DNA of 64,000 nt from Methanobacteriota archaeon (GTDB lineage Archaea > Thermoplasmatota > Poseidoniia > Poseidoniales > Poseidoniaceae), in assembly GCA_018662825.1 (NCBI GenBank), contig JABJFI010000039.1, positions 13,643 to 77,642 on the forward strand, in the 5' to 3' direction. Positions 1 to 8,631 of the stretch are shown here, piece by piece. A program made the translations under genes and the position numbers. The stretch's first letter is position 1, and the number at the start of each line of letters is the position of its first letter. The notes beneath the pieces are model-generated. The model had not been told where the DNA came from. It did not search any database and saw only the letters and a program-made list of their open reading frames with translations.

Positions 1-1
1 T

Positions 2-1057
2 TTAATGAATAAATTGGCCGATGAAGGCTGCACGTGTGGAGAACTTTCGAACTTGATGAAAAGCGGAGACATCGATGGTTACATGCTCAAACCGATGAAT
101 TGTCCACATCACGTCAAAATCTATGCGTCACAAATGCGTTCTTACAGGGACCTTCCTCTTCGTTTGGCTGAATTTGGCACGGTATATCGTTGGGAACAAT
201 CTGGTGAAATCTCGGGTATGACTCGTGTACGGGGTTTTACCCAAGATGATGCTCATTTGTTTGTAACCGAAGACCAAATTGCAGAAGAAGTTCTTGGATG
301 CATCGAATTAGTTCAAATTATTTTTGACAAACTTGGAATGAATGATTATCGAGTTCGGGTCGGTTTGAGAGATAAGGATTCTGACAAATATGTTGGGGAG
401 CCTGAGCGTTGGGATAAAGCAGAAGATGCTTGCCGTGCGGCAGCAGAATCTCTCGGCGTGAATTGGTCTGAAGAGCCTGGGGAAGCCGCTTTTTACGGTC
501 CTAAAATTGATTTCGTCGTCAAAGATGTGATTGGACGTGAATGGCAACTTGGCACGGTTCAAGTGGATTATAACTTGCCAGAACGCTTTGGTTTGGAATA
601 CAAGGGTAGTGATGGCGAAATCCATCGCCCAGTAATGATTCATCGGGCACCGTTTGGTTCAATGGAACGGTTCTGCGGAGTTCTGATTGAACATTTCGCT
701 GGAAAATTCCCTACTTGGTTGACTCCAACGCACTGTCACATCATTACTATTTCAGAAAAACACACTGCATATGCTGATGAAGTCGCAGAATTACTCCGGG
801 CAAATGAAATCCGAGTCGAAGTTGATAATGGCGACGATACTATCGGGAAGAAAATTAGAACTCATCGGAAGATGCAACCAGCGTACATGGTCATTCTTGG
901 TGATGGAGAAATTGAAAGTCGCACTGTTAGTTTACGTGCCCGAAATGGCGACCAAGTTAGTGGCATTCCACTTGAAATATTTGTAGCAGATTTGAAATCT
1001 GAAATTAATGAAAAGGTTGCACAGCCGTCTTTAGCGATTTCACCGAATGAAGAGTGA
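2..1057 (+). CDS. thrS: Threonyl-tRNA synthetase, C-terminal part (5' end lies outside the window)
   Basis: Class II aaRS core motifs are present (MNCPHH, FGTVYRWEQSGE, RVRGFTQDDAH, HRAPFGSMERF), followed by an anticodon-binding domain. The frame is open to the window edge. Confidence 0.93.
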   Translation, partial: LMNKLADEGCTCGELSNLMKSGDIDGYMLKPMNCPHHVKIYASQMRSYRDLPLRLAEFGTVYRWEQSGEISGMTRVRGFTQDDAHLFVTEDQIAEEVLGCIELVQIIFDKLGMNDYRVRVGLRDKDSDKYVGEPERWDKAEDACRAAAESLGVNWSEEPGEAAFYGPKIDFVVKDVIGREWQLGTVQVDYNLPERFGLEYKGSDGEIHRPVMIHRAPFGSMERFCGVLIEHFAGKFPTWLTPTHCHIITISEKHTAYADEVAELLRANEIRVEVDNGDDTIGKKIRTHRKMQPAYMVILGDGEIESRTVSLRARNGDQVSGIPLEIFVADLKSEINEKVAQPSLAISPNEE

Positions 1058-1066
1058 GGGGATTTC

Positions 1067-3619
1067 ATGACAGCACCACCAATTGTCAATGGGCTCACTC
1101 CCGCTGCTTTAGTGCCGTATATTCTAGCAGCTGTAACCGCTTGGATTTTCTGGTCACGTGTGGTTCCCCGACAATTACGGGGGCTACAAGTTGCTTTTGA
1201 AACCGGAAACAAACGATATGAAGTTCACCAAGTAACATCGTCGACCCAGGATGCACGAGATTTGCTTACTTCTCGTGGTATGTATTCAGGTGTGGCAACG
1301 TATATTTTTGCCTTGGTTGGAGCGTTATTGCTGTTTTTCGAATTTATCATGATACGATTGGATTTGTCAGAAGGTTATCATGCACCTTCGTTGAGTATTG
1401 CCTTGGTATTCATCGCCTTACCTGCGTTGATATCCTCGGGAACTTCTCTCGGTGCTCAAATCATCAAACCGATTGGCCAAGACCGCGCCTCTTTGCAAGA
1501 ATCCGGAATTTGGCGAAGTTATACGTATGTGATGCTAATGATTCTCTGGATAGGCTTGGTATCAGCACTTTATCTTCTTTTAGATGTCGCAGGTGTCGAT
1601 TCTTCACGTCGTTTTAGTATTGCAGCATTTGCAATGTTCGCGCCTTCGATTCTTGCATATGGCCGAATTCTAGGTTCCTCGTGGCAAGCATTACACCAGT
1701 CCTCTCGGAAAATTGCTGGTGGTGAACCCTCTCCATTCCACAATCACGTTCCAAGTGCAAAACAACAAGCAATAGCACAAATTGTTAATTTCAACTTACT
1801 TGCCATGCCTTATGTGGCTTTGAATACACTTATTTCGCTGTTTGTACTGCTTTATGACCCAAACATGCTTGTTCACACAGACCGAGTCCTTGAATTGCCA
1901 GAATATAGGGTTCAAACGACCTTTATGGAGGAAGGCGGTTTACTCGGATTTGGACTTATTGAACTGTTTTCGTTTATTCCACAGGATGGGATTCGAGTTC
2001 CAATAGTTTCGTTCGTCCTGTTGTTTTTGTTAATGAACGTCGCTCTTATCGGCTTCCTTTTTGTCTATGAAGTCGCTCGTATTCTATTCCTCGATGTTCA
2101 AGATGTCTCTGGCAAAGGGGGCATAAAATTGGCTGACAGTCGTTTGTTAAGAGCAGAACCAAGTCAGCAGGCAAAGGTTCTCAATTTTTGTTTTACAGGA
2201 TTTGCAGGGCAATCAATGCTCTTGCTTGCATTGGCCATGATTACATTTTGGGATTCAAGTTTCCTCCCACAAGGTGCTGCTTGTGGAAAATGGGAAAATA
2301 CAGTTTGTTCTGTAATGGAAAAAGATGCACTTGAAGAATTAACCTGGATGCTTGCATCCGGTGGTCAAATTGCATTCCTAACAATTTGGATAAGATCTCG
2401 CCGTATCGGTTTGAAATTGGAAGATATTACCTTTGATGCAGCAGTTGGTGAAAATCGAGCGCGCCTCTCTGAAATGCAAGATATCATTTATCTCAAACAA
2501 AAACCCTTCACGGATTTGATTGCCAATGATCAATGGCCCAAAGCACTCGATAGATTGGATAAGATTTACGAAGGGCATGGCGAGCAATTAGAAGGTCTAA
2601 CTTTAGCCCGTAAAACCGATGCTATGATGGAATTATATGCAGGATTGGGGCGTTGGAATGAAGCAGAACAAGAAGCGGTATCTCTGCTTGCTTTACGGGG
2701 TGGACGAGAGGCTGAAGTTGCTCGTTTAGTGCTCACAGCAGCCAGTTTATCACAACGTGATTACGCAGAAGCAAAGCCGCGTTTGGATTTATTAAATTCT
2801 GATGATATTGAAGCAGCACGTCTGCAATGGGCAGCCTCTTTGTTCAATCCTAAACATCGAATATTGAAACCAGAATTCAAAGCACTACTATCCATCGATT
2901 CAGTTATGAAACGTAATATCGAACTCGTTCAACGTTTCAAAGACGGCATTGCTCAAAGTAAATACAAGTATCTCAATACCCCTCCCGGTCGGATTTTCTT
3001 GCTAGGAGATATTGCTCGAATGCGGTTAGAAGGAACCCCAGACAAAGCTCTAAATCTGCTGGAGGGATTCATCAAATCCTTCAAAATATCTGATTGGACA
3101 CATGGAGAAGTTGTTCGTGCTCTTTTACATATTGATGCAGGCCGAATCAATACTGGTGTGAAATTAGCCGAGAAACTGGCATCAACACACCCTCGGCACC
3201 CCCATGTGCGAAATCTCATTGGAGAACTTGCAAGAGCAGGGCATACAGAGATGCTTCCATCTGAAACAACCCCTATTGAATGGCTAAATGACTCAGGCCT
3301 GGATTGGCTTGATGGATGGTCTCGAAAGCATGTTGTAGCGCCACCTCCAACCTTTGGTAAGAAACCATTAATTCGGCATGCATGGAATTCAAATGGATGG
3401 ACTGCATTTGATGGTTCGGGCAGTCTTGCTGGAGCAATAAAGAAAAAATCGAATGGTTGGAAAATCATTCAACAAGTTTGGCCTGATGGATTACCGATGT
3501 GTATCCATACACATTTGACAGGTATCGTCATCACGATATCAGGTATGCCCGTTGATCTTGGATTCCCAGGCACTCTTGACCTCAAAACCATCGAAAAGAA
3601 AGGTTTGTTGGAGTCGTAA
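1067..3619 (+). CDS. Large polytopic membrane protein with C-terminal alpha-helical/TPR-like region; function unknown
   Basis: 850-aa ORF whose ATG lies 9 nt after the thrS stop. It has about 10-12 hydrophobic helices in the first ~450 aa, then helical repeats (for example LARKTDAMMELYAGLGRWNEAEQEAVSLL). No catalytic motif was recognised. Confidence 0.6.
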   Translation: MTAPPIVNGLTPAALVPYILAAVTAWIFWSRVVPRQLRGLQVAFETGNKRYEVHQVTSSTQDARDLLTSRGMYSGVATYIFALVGALLLFFEFIMIRLDLSEGYHAPSLSIALVFIALPALISSGTSLGAQIIKPIGQDRASLQESGIWRSYTYVMLMILWIGLVSALYLLLDVAGVDSSRRFSIAAFAMFAPSILAYGRILGSSWQALHQSSRKIAGGEPSPFHNHVPSAKQQAIAQIVNFNLLAMPYVALNTLISLFVLLYDPNMLVHTDRVLELPEYRVQTTFMEEGGLLGFGLIELFSFIPQDGIRVPIVSFVLLFLLMNVALIGFLFVYEVARILFLDVQDVSGKGGIKLADSRLLRAEPSQQAKVLNFCFTGFAGQSMLLLALAMITFWDSSFLPQGAACGKWENTVCSVMEKDALEELTWMLASGGQIAFLTIWIRSRRIGLKLEDITFDAAVGENRARLSEMQDIIYLKQKPFTDLIANDQWPKALDRLDKIYEGHGEQLEGLTLARKTDAMMELYAGLGRWNEAEQEAVSLLALRGGREAEVARLVLTAASLSQRDYAEAKPRLDLLNSDDIEAARLQWAASLFNPKHRILKPEFKALLSIDSVMKRNIELVQRFKDGIAQSKYKYLNTPPGRIFLLGDIARMRLEGTPDKALNLLEGFIKSFKISDWTHGEVVRALLHIDAGRINTGVKLAEKLASTHPRHPHVRNLIGELARAGHTEMLPSETTPIEWLNDSGLDWLDGWSRKHVVAPPPTFGKKPLIRHAWNSNGWTAFDGSGSLAGAIKKKSNGWKIIQQVWPDGLPMCIHTHLTGIVITISGMPVDLGFPGTLDLKTIEKKGLLES

Positions 3620-3620
3620 T

Positions 3621-5501
3621 CTAAATCTTTCTTCGCAGACGTTCCATTGCAGCATCTGCCTCGGCAAGATGGTTGAGACAATCCTCGATACGACCACCTG
3701 CCAACGCTTCACCTGAAAGTGCAATTGCTTGCTCACAACCGCGTCGGTTTTCATCTTCAATTGAGATTCCATTAGCATCACATTGATTGCGAAGAACTTG
3801 CCATTCTTCTAAGACAAAATCATACAGTTCCAGTGCTTCATCACTTGCTTGGCCTTCATTATCAAGGTCGGTTGTCATTGCGTCAAGCAATACATTTGCT
3901 TGGGTCCACTGTTTGAGATCTGCAGCATCTTCTAAAGCCGTAAGTCGCTGTTCCCATTCGCTCTTATCATCTCGGTCTTTATACTGTGCAACCAATTTTT
4001 TCTTTTGCTTGAGGGCTCGTCGAACATTATCCATTGCAGCACGCTCTGCTTCAATAGAACGAACAACTCCGTCTGCTAATCCTATGGCTTGACTTGGATT
4101 TCCATCTTGAATGGCTTGTTCTGCCCGCTCTAGCCTCTGAACCATTTCTGATGTATCAAGGCCGTCGGTTTGTTCTAATTGTCGCTGTGCTTCTTTAGCG
4201 GCTTCCAAGGCACGACCTTGCGCATCTTCATCAGCCAATAATTGTGGTGGAATTACTATTGCAAATTCATAGGCTTGACGTGGCGCTTCACTGGCTAGTT
4301 TCTTTTTGGCATCTGCCAAGAGTTCTTTCAAATGTTGGACACTTTCGGCAGTATTATCGGAAAGTAATCGACTTGCTTCAGCGATGGCTTGTTCTGCTAT
4401 TGCCCACCATTCAATGATATCCTGAGCCAATTTTTTTGATTGCCGGAACAGCATTTCTCCTTCTCTTAAAGAGCCTAGCTTTACTTCTCGAACGCCCATG
4501 TCAAAGGATTTACGAGGTCGTTTTGCCGTCGGGGCAATCGATTCGGCTTTTTCGATTGCTTGTATCGCATCGGCTTGAATAATTTCTACATCGCCACTTA
4601 GAGAAAGTGTACGTTCGATATTTTCCTCGGCCTCGGCAAGAAGTTTCATGCCGTATTCTGGGTCAATATGGCCTTCTTCTTTAGCAGTCATCACTAAACT
4701 CGAGGCTTGGTCAACAGCAGCGCCTTGTGCTTTTAGTTCTAATAATTGATGTTCTAATTCATCTAAACGCTTAGCAAAGATTTTTCGCTCAACCCTTTGA
4801 TTGTCACCGACAAACCAAATGTAGGCGGTTGCTATACAACCCAACCCCAATGATGCCAGTGATACTAACCATTCATAGGTCATCGTTTCTGGAATTTGCC
4901 CAACGAAAAGAGAAAATGCTGCAATGACGCCTAAGCCAGTCATTATTGCTCGCCATCGCATTACATCAAGACCGCCCTGTAAAACAGTGCTAGATGCTTG
5001 AAAGCATGCATAGGCTACCAAAGCGATGAGGCCTGAACCAAGAGTCGACGCCGATTCCTCAAGGTTTAGGTGCCTTGAAGCAATAATCAACAGAACAGGC
5101 CATGCAATGCTAGCGAATGAACCAACCCTAGTCCTTGCCTTAGCATCATCAACGATTGAGTCCTGCAAAACCAAGCCATAAGCAATGATGAGAAGAGGGT
5201 ATCCTAAACCTTCGAGTAACCCTGAATTGCCTTTAAAGGCTGATTGAAGACTTGGCCACATCAGCCATATCGCACCAGCAAGAATGAGCAATGCGGACCC
5301 GCTCGTGAGGCGGTCAAGTCGCTTTTGTCTCGATTGACGGGCGGCAGTGATTGCTGCCTCGATATCCGCCCATGCATCGAGAGCCATAATGCATGTCGGG
5401 GCCATCTCGGTCATAACCACTCCGCTATTTCGTTTGTATCCCCCCTTCATCGAAACAGTATTTGAAACGATGGAATCAATCATTTTGATGGTAATGTTCA
5501 T
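3621..5501 (-). CDS. Membrane-anchored helical-repeat/coiled-coil protein; function unknown
   Basis: 626-aa ORF with about 6 TM helices in the first ~230 aa, then about 390 aa of Ala/Glu/Gln-rich helical repeats. The start is uncertain; an alternative Met at 5414 would leave a more normal divergent spacer to pyrB. Confidence 0.55.
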   Translation of the reverse strand: MNITIKMIDSIVSNTVSMKGGYKRNSGVVMTEMAPTCIMALDAWADIEAAITAARQSRQKRLDRLTSGSALLILAGAIWLMWPSLQSAFKGNSGLLEGLGYPLLIIAYGLVLQDSIVDDAKARTRVGSFASIAWPVLLIIASRHLNLEESASTLGSGLIALVAYACFQASSTVLQGGLDVMRWRAIMTGLGVIAAFSLFVGQIPETMTYEWLVSLASLGLGCIATAYIWFVGDNQRVERKIFAKRLDELEHQLLELKAQGAAVDQASSLVMTAKEEGHIDPEYGMKLLAEAEENIERTLSLSGDVEIIQADAIQAIEKAESIAPTAKRPRKSFDMGVREVKLGSLREGEMLFRQSKKLAQDIIEWWAIAEQAIAEASRLLSDNTAESVQHLKELLADAKKKLASEAPRQAYEFAIVIPPQLLADEDAQGRALEAAKEAQRQLEQTDGLDTSEMVQRLERAEQAIQDGNPSQAIGLADGVVRSIEAERAAMDNVRRALKQKKKLVAQYKDRDDKSEWEQRLTALEDAADLKQWTQANVLLDAMTTDLDNEGQASDEALELYDFVLEEWQVLRNQCDANGISIEDENRRGCEQAIALSGEALAGGRIEDCLNHLAEADAAMERLRRKI

Positions 5502-5540
5502 GGGTGTCTTCGCCTGCCTTTAGATGAAGGAAGAGAGCGT

Positions 5541-6485
5541 ATGGCTGGACTCATTACCATGGACGACTTGACAAATGAACAGATTATCGACATCTTAGGG
5601 GATGCTGAACGCCTACTGCCTGTTGCACGGGGCGAGATTTATCTGCCACTCTTGCAGGGAAGAATTCTTGGGAATTTATTTTTTGAACCAAGTACTAGAA
5701 CTCGAATGTCTTTTGAAACGGCAATGAAAAGACTTGGCGGCGATGTTATCAATCTTGGTGATGTGAAAACCTCTTCTGTTGTCAAAGGTGAGACTTTGTA
5801 TGATACCATCCAAATGGTTGACGGTTATACTGACATTATTGCAATGCGGCATCCACGCCAAGGAGCGGCACAATACGCTCAAGATGCAGCCCAAGTTCCC
5901 ATTCTCAATGGTGGTGACGGAGCAGGACATCATCCTACACAAACGATGTTGGATTTGTTTACTATCAAACAAGCACACGGCCATCTAGATGGATTAAGAG
6001 TCGTCTTAGCAGGAGATTTACGTTATGGTCGAACAGTCCACTCTCTATCTCATGCCTTGGTTAGATTTGGCTGCGACCTGATATTTGCCAGCCCTGATTT
6101 ATTAAAAATGCCAGAAGAAATTGTTTCAGATTTACGTTCTCATGGCGCTAATGTCACTGAAACTGAAGACTTGTATGGTTCGATGGCAGAAGCCGATGTA
6201 GTGTACATGACTCGAATTCAGAAGGAACGGTTTGCTGATGAAGATGAATATGCAAGATGCGCTGGAGCATACAAACTTCATGCGCGCCACCTCAGCGAAG
6301 TAAAACAAGACATGATTGTCATGCACCCTTTACCTCGTGTCGATGAAATCGACCCATCTGTCGACAAAACTCGCCATGCAAGATACTTCGAGCAAGCCTT
6401 TAACGGAGTAGTAGCCCGTATGGCACTCTTATGTCGCTTACTCGGCGTCCCCATCCCCGCTAAAATTGAAGGAGGTGCTCTGTGA
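5541..6485 (+). CDS. pyrB: Aspartate carbamoyltransferase catalytic subunit
   Basis: Carries the STRTR carbamoyl-phosphate motif, HPTQ, and HPLPR near the C-terminus. Its 314 aa length is typical. Confidence 0.95.
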   Translation: MAGLITMDDLTNEQIIDILGDAERLLPVARGEIYLPLLQGRILGNLFFEPSTRTRMSFETAMKRLGGDVINLGDVKTSSVVKGETLYDTIQMVDGYTDIIAMRHPRQGAAQYAQDAAQVPILNGGDGAGHHPTQTMLDLFTIKQAHGHLDGLRVVLAGDLRYGRTVHSLSHALVRFGCDLIFASPDLLKMPEEIVSDLRSHGANVTETEDLYGSMAEADVVYMTRIQKERFADEDEYARCAGAYKLHARHLSEVKQDMIVMHPLPRVDEIDPSVDKTRHARYFEQAFNGVVARMALLCRLLGVPIPAKIEGGAL

Positions 6486-6961
6486 TGTCCAACGAACACA
6501 GTATGCGCAGAGTGACCGCAATTCGAAATGGTACGGTCATAGACCACATTCCATCAGGACAGGCCATGCGAGTTCTGGAAATGCTTGGAATTGGAGCCTC
6601 AACTGCAGTTCCAGTCTCACTAGTGATGAATGTTCCATCTAAGAAAATGGGCTCAAAGGATATTATCAAAGTTGAGGACCGTGAATTAAATCAATCTGAA
6701 TTAGACCGATTAGCATTGGTTGCACCTGATGCCCATGTTGCAATTATCCGAGCCTATTCAGTTGCGGAAAAACTGACAATTAACTTGGGCCAAGAAGTAG
6801 TAAATGTCGTTCGGTGCACTTTTTCTAATTGTATCACTACAAATCTTCGTGAACCACAACCTCATCGCTTGAAAGTGGTTCAACGAGATCCTTTGCAATT
6901 GCGTTGCCATTACTGTGGTCGCCCTCAGAACTTAAGCGAATTAGCCAACAATGTTCTATGA
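6482..6961 (+). CDS. pyrI: Aspartate carbamoyltransferase regulatory subunit
   Basis: Overlaps the pyrB stop (TGATG). It has the N-terminal GTVIDHI motif and C-terminal zinc-site cysteines (C..NCIT ... CHYCG). Confidence 0.9.
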   Translation: MMSNEHSMRRVTAIRNGTVIDHIPSGQAMRVLEMLGIGASTAVPVSLVMNVPSKKMGSKDIIKVEDRELNQSELDRLALVAPDAHVAIIRAYSVAEKLTINLGQEVVNVVRCTFSNCITTNLREPQPHRLKVVQRDPLQLRCHYCGRPQNLSELANNVL

Positions 6962-7963
6962 GTTATCGCTCATCAATGCTCGCATATCGCATGCCTTGCA
7001 TTGCTTACTCGATGTTAGTTCACCACATGATTCACAAGGTATTGGTGGGGCAGGACGTGCTTCGACACCTCCTAAATCAATGACTTGGTCTCGCAAACCT
7101 TTGATGTTATCAGCCATCCGTAACAATCCATGACGAGTTCCAGGAACATCAGCTTCCATTTGTGCCACCATTTCGCGATGACGCCATCGCAATGCGCCTT
7201 TGGCATGAGGGCACTCTTCGTGATGAAGGGGTAAATCACGATGCAAAGCATAGAGGTGAATTTCTTGTTCAGGAATCCATCGCAATGGGACAATACGAGG
7301 TGCAAGGCCATCGACAGGAGTTGTCGTATGTGGTGCAAGGCGTAATGTCCGTTCCAAATCTCCATTGGTCATGTTCATGAGTACTGTTTGAGCCATGTCG
7401 TCTAGGTTATGTCCTAAAGCAATATAATCGGCATTTACTCTTTTTGCTAAATGATTGATACCTTGCCGCCGAAACACGCCACAGTAGGAGCATGGCATCC
7501 TAGGGGCGTCTTTATTTTCTTTGACCAGTCCAGGAATCCGGCTTGCAACTTCATCCATTTCTTTGAAACTTAATTCCGGATAAGAGACAGTAATGAATTC
7601 GACTCCTAGACGGTCGCACAATTCTTGAGCACATACCAAAGAAGGTGGTCGATAACCCTCAATTCCTTCATCAACGGTCCCTGCAATGATTGTCACATCT
7701 GGTCTTTGCCCAAGGCGGTCAACTAAACTGTCAAGCAATACAGCAGAATCCTTTCCACCTGAAATCGCTACAAAAATAGTGGTTTCTTTTTCTCGGGGAA
7801 GTTTCAACTGTTGCCTAAGTTCCTTTCCAATTTTTTTACGAACGGATTTCGCCATGTGCTCACTACACAAAATGCGCCCTGAATAGGCTTGTTCAAGGAT
7901 TGAAGGTTTTGAACAGCTATCGCAGGTTGGCACTGAAAAAACCGGTTCCACCTCCTTCGCCAT
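6956..7963 (-). CDS. TtuA/Ncs6-family PP-loop tRNA 2-thiolation enzyme
   Basis: Carries the PP-loop SGGKDS, GHNLDD, and the PCSYCGVFRR Fe-S/cysteine motif. CxxC zinc fingers are present at both termini (CDSC...CSEH; CESCG...CKAC). Confidence 0.8.
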   Translation of the reverse strand: MAKEVEPVFSVPTCDSCSKPSILEQAYSGRILCSEHMAKSVRKKIGKELRQQLKLPREKETTIFVAISGGKDSAVLLDSLVDRLGQRPDVTIIAGTVDEGIEGYRPPSLVCAQELCDRLGVEFITVSYPELSFKEMDEVASRIPGLVKENKDAPRMPCSYCGVFRRQGINHLAKRVNADYIALGHNLDDMAQTVLMNMTNGDLERTLRLAPHTTTPVDGLAPRIVPLRWIPEQEIHLYALHRDLPLHHEECPHAKGALRWRHREMVAQMEADVPGTRHGLLRMADNIKGLRDQVIDLGGVEARPAPPIPCESCGELTSSKQCKACDMRALMSDNS

Positions 7964-8041
7964 GTGTGCTTGCGTGCACCACTAGGGTTTGAGTTCACCG
8001 CATGTTTGATGAACGATACATTCCTCTTCGTATTTCCTTGG

Positions 8042-8214
8042 ATTGATTTTCCAATTGATTTTTTAATTTTCCAATTGAACTTTTCATTATATCTCGCAGA
8101 ATAAAATAACAAATCACCCCATAATAATAGTATTTCCAAAGCGCGGAAAACCGTTCTCAAGAGCCCCTCCGCGCAAAATATTTTGAATCTCCAGTTGGAA
8201 AATCAATTTGGGTC
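8042..8214. repeat. ORB-like repeats in inverted orientation flanking an AT-rich stretch
   Basis: TTTTCCAATTGA occurs twice in direct orientation (8047-8058 and 8067-8078). ATTGATTTTCCAA (8042-8054) is the exact reverse complement of TTGGAAAATCAAT (8195-8207). The right-hand copy reads CTCCAGTTGGAAAATCAATTTGGGTC (8189-8214). The sequence between the copies is AT-rich. Confidence 0.6.
8141..8174. repeat. Inverted repeat GCGCGGA ... TCCGCGC (7-bp arms, 20-nt spacer)
   Basis: Read directly: arms at 8141-8147 and 8168-8174, in the divergent intergenic region. Confidence 0.5.
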
Positions 8215-8219
8215 TTCAA

Positions 8220-8237
8220 ATCCCCCTTTAGGGGGAT
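8220..8237. promoter_or_regulatory. Perfect palindrome ATCCCCC-TTTA-GGGGGAT upstream of the Roadblock operon
   Basis: Read directly. It lies about 53 nt upstream of the ATG at 8290. It could be an operator or a 5'-leader hairpin. Confidence 0.4.
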
Positions 8238-8289
8238 AAAAGCGCAAAACTACTTGAAGGCTACAGCATAGACGGGAGATTTGAGAACC

Positions 8290-8631
8290 ATGCTGCAACG
8301 AGTACTTGCCGGATTATGTCGCCTTGAAGGTGTTAATCAAGCAATGCTAATAGACGACACCGGCCAATTATTGGCAAGTGTTGGCGAAGAAGGAATCATG
8401 CCACCGTTTGAAGACGCTGTGGAAATGATACACGTAGCCCAGGAAACTGGACATTCTCTTGGCCTTGGCCAAGTCTATGAAGTGTGGATTGAAAGTAAGA
8501 ATAGGATGGTTATTGATGTGACTGCTCCAAATCGAATCGTAGTATTGAGTGGCGACGGAGGGCGATTGGCCCGATGGCGACATGCTCTTGATCGAGACCG
8601 CCGAATTCTTGCGACAACCCCCAGAATGTGA
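8290..8631 (+). CDS. Roadblock/LC7 (MglB-like) domain protein
   Basis: About 113 aa. The pattern LEGVNQAMLIDDTGQLLASVG ... LGLGQVYEVWIESKNRMVIDV ... IVVLSG matches the Roadblock/LC7 alpha-beta-alpha layout. The ORF track starts at a TTG at 8281; the ATG at 8290 is preferred. Confidence 0.6.
   Translation: MLQRVLAGLCRLEGVNQAMLIDDTGQLLASVGEEGIMPPFEDAVEMIHVAQETGHSLGLGQVYEVWIESKNRMVIDVTAPNRIVVLSGDGGRLARWRHALDRDRRILATTPRM

Noticed and set aside
2953-3781. Minus-strand ORFs (171, 70 and 80 aa) overlapping the 3' end of the 850-aa gene and the 3' end of the 626-aa gene.
   Set aside because: These are shadow ORFs within longer, better-supported reading frames. They have no start context or motifs.
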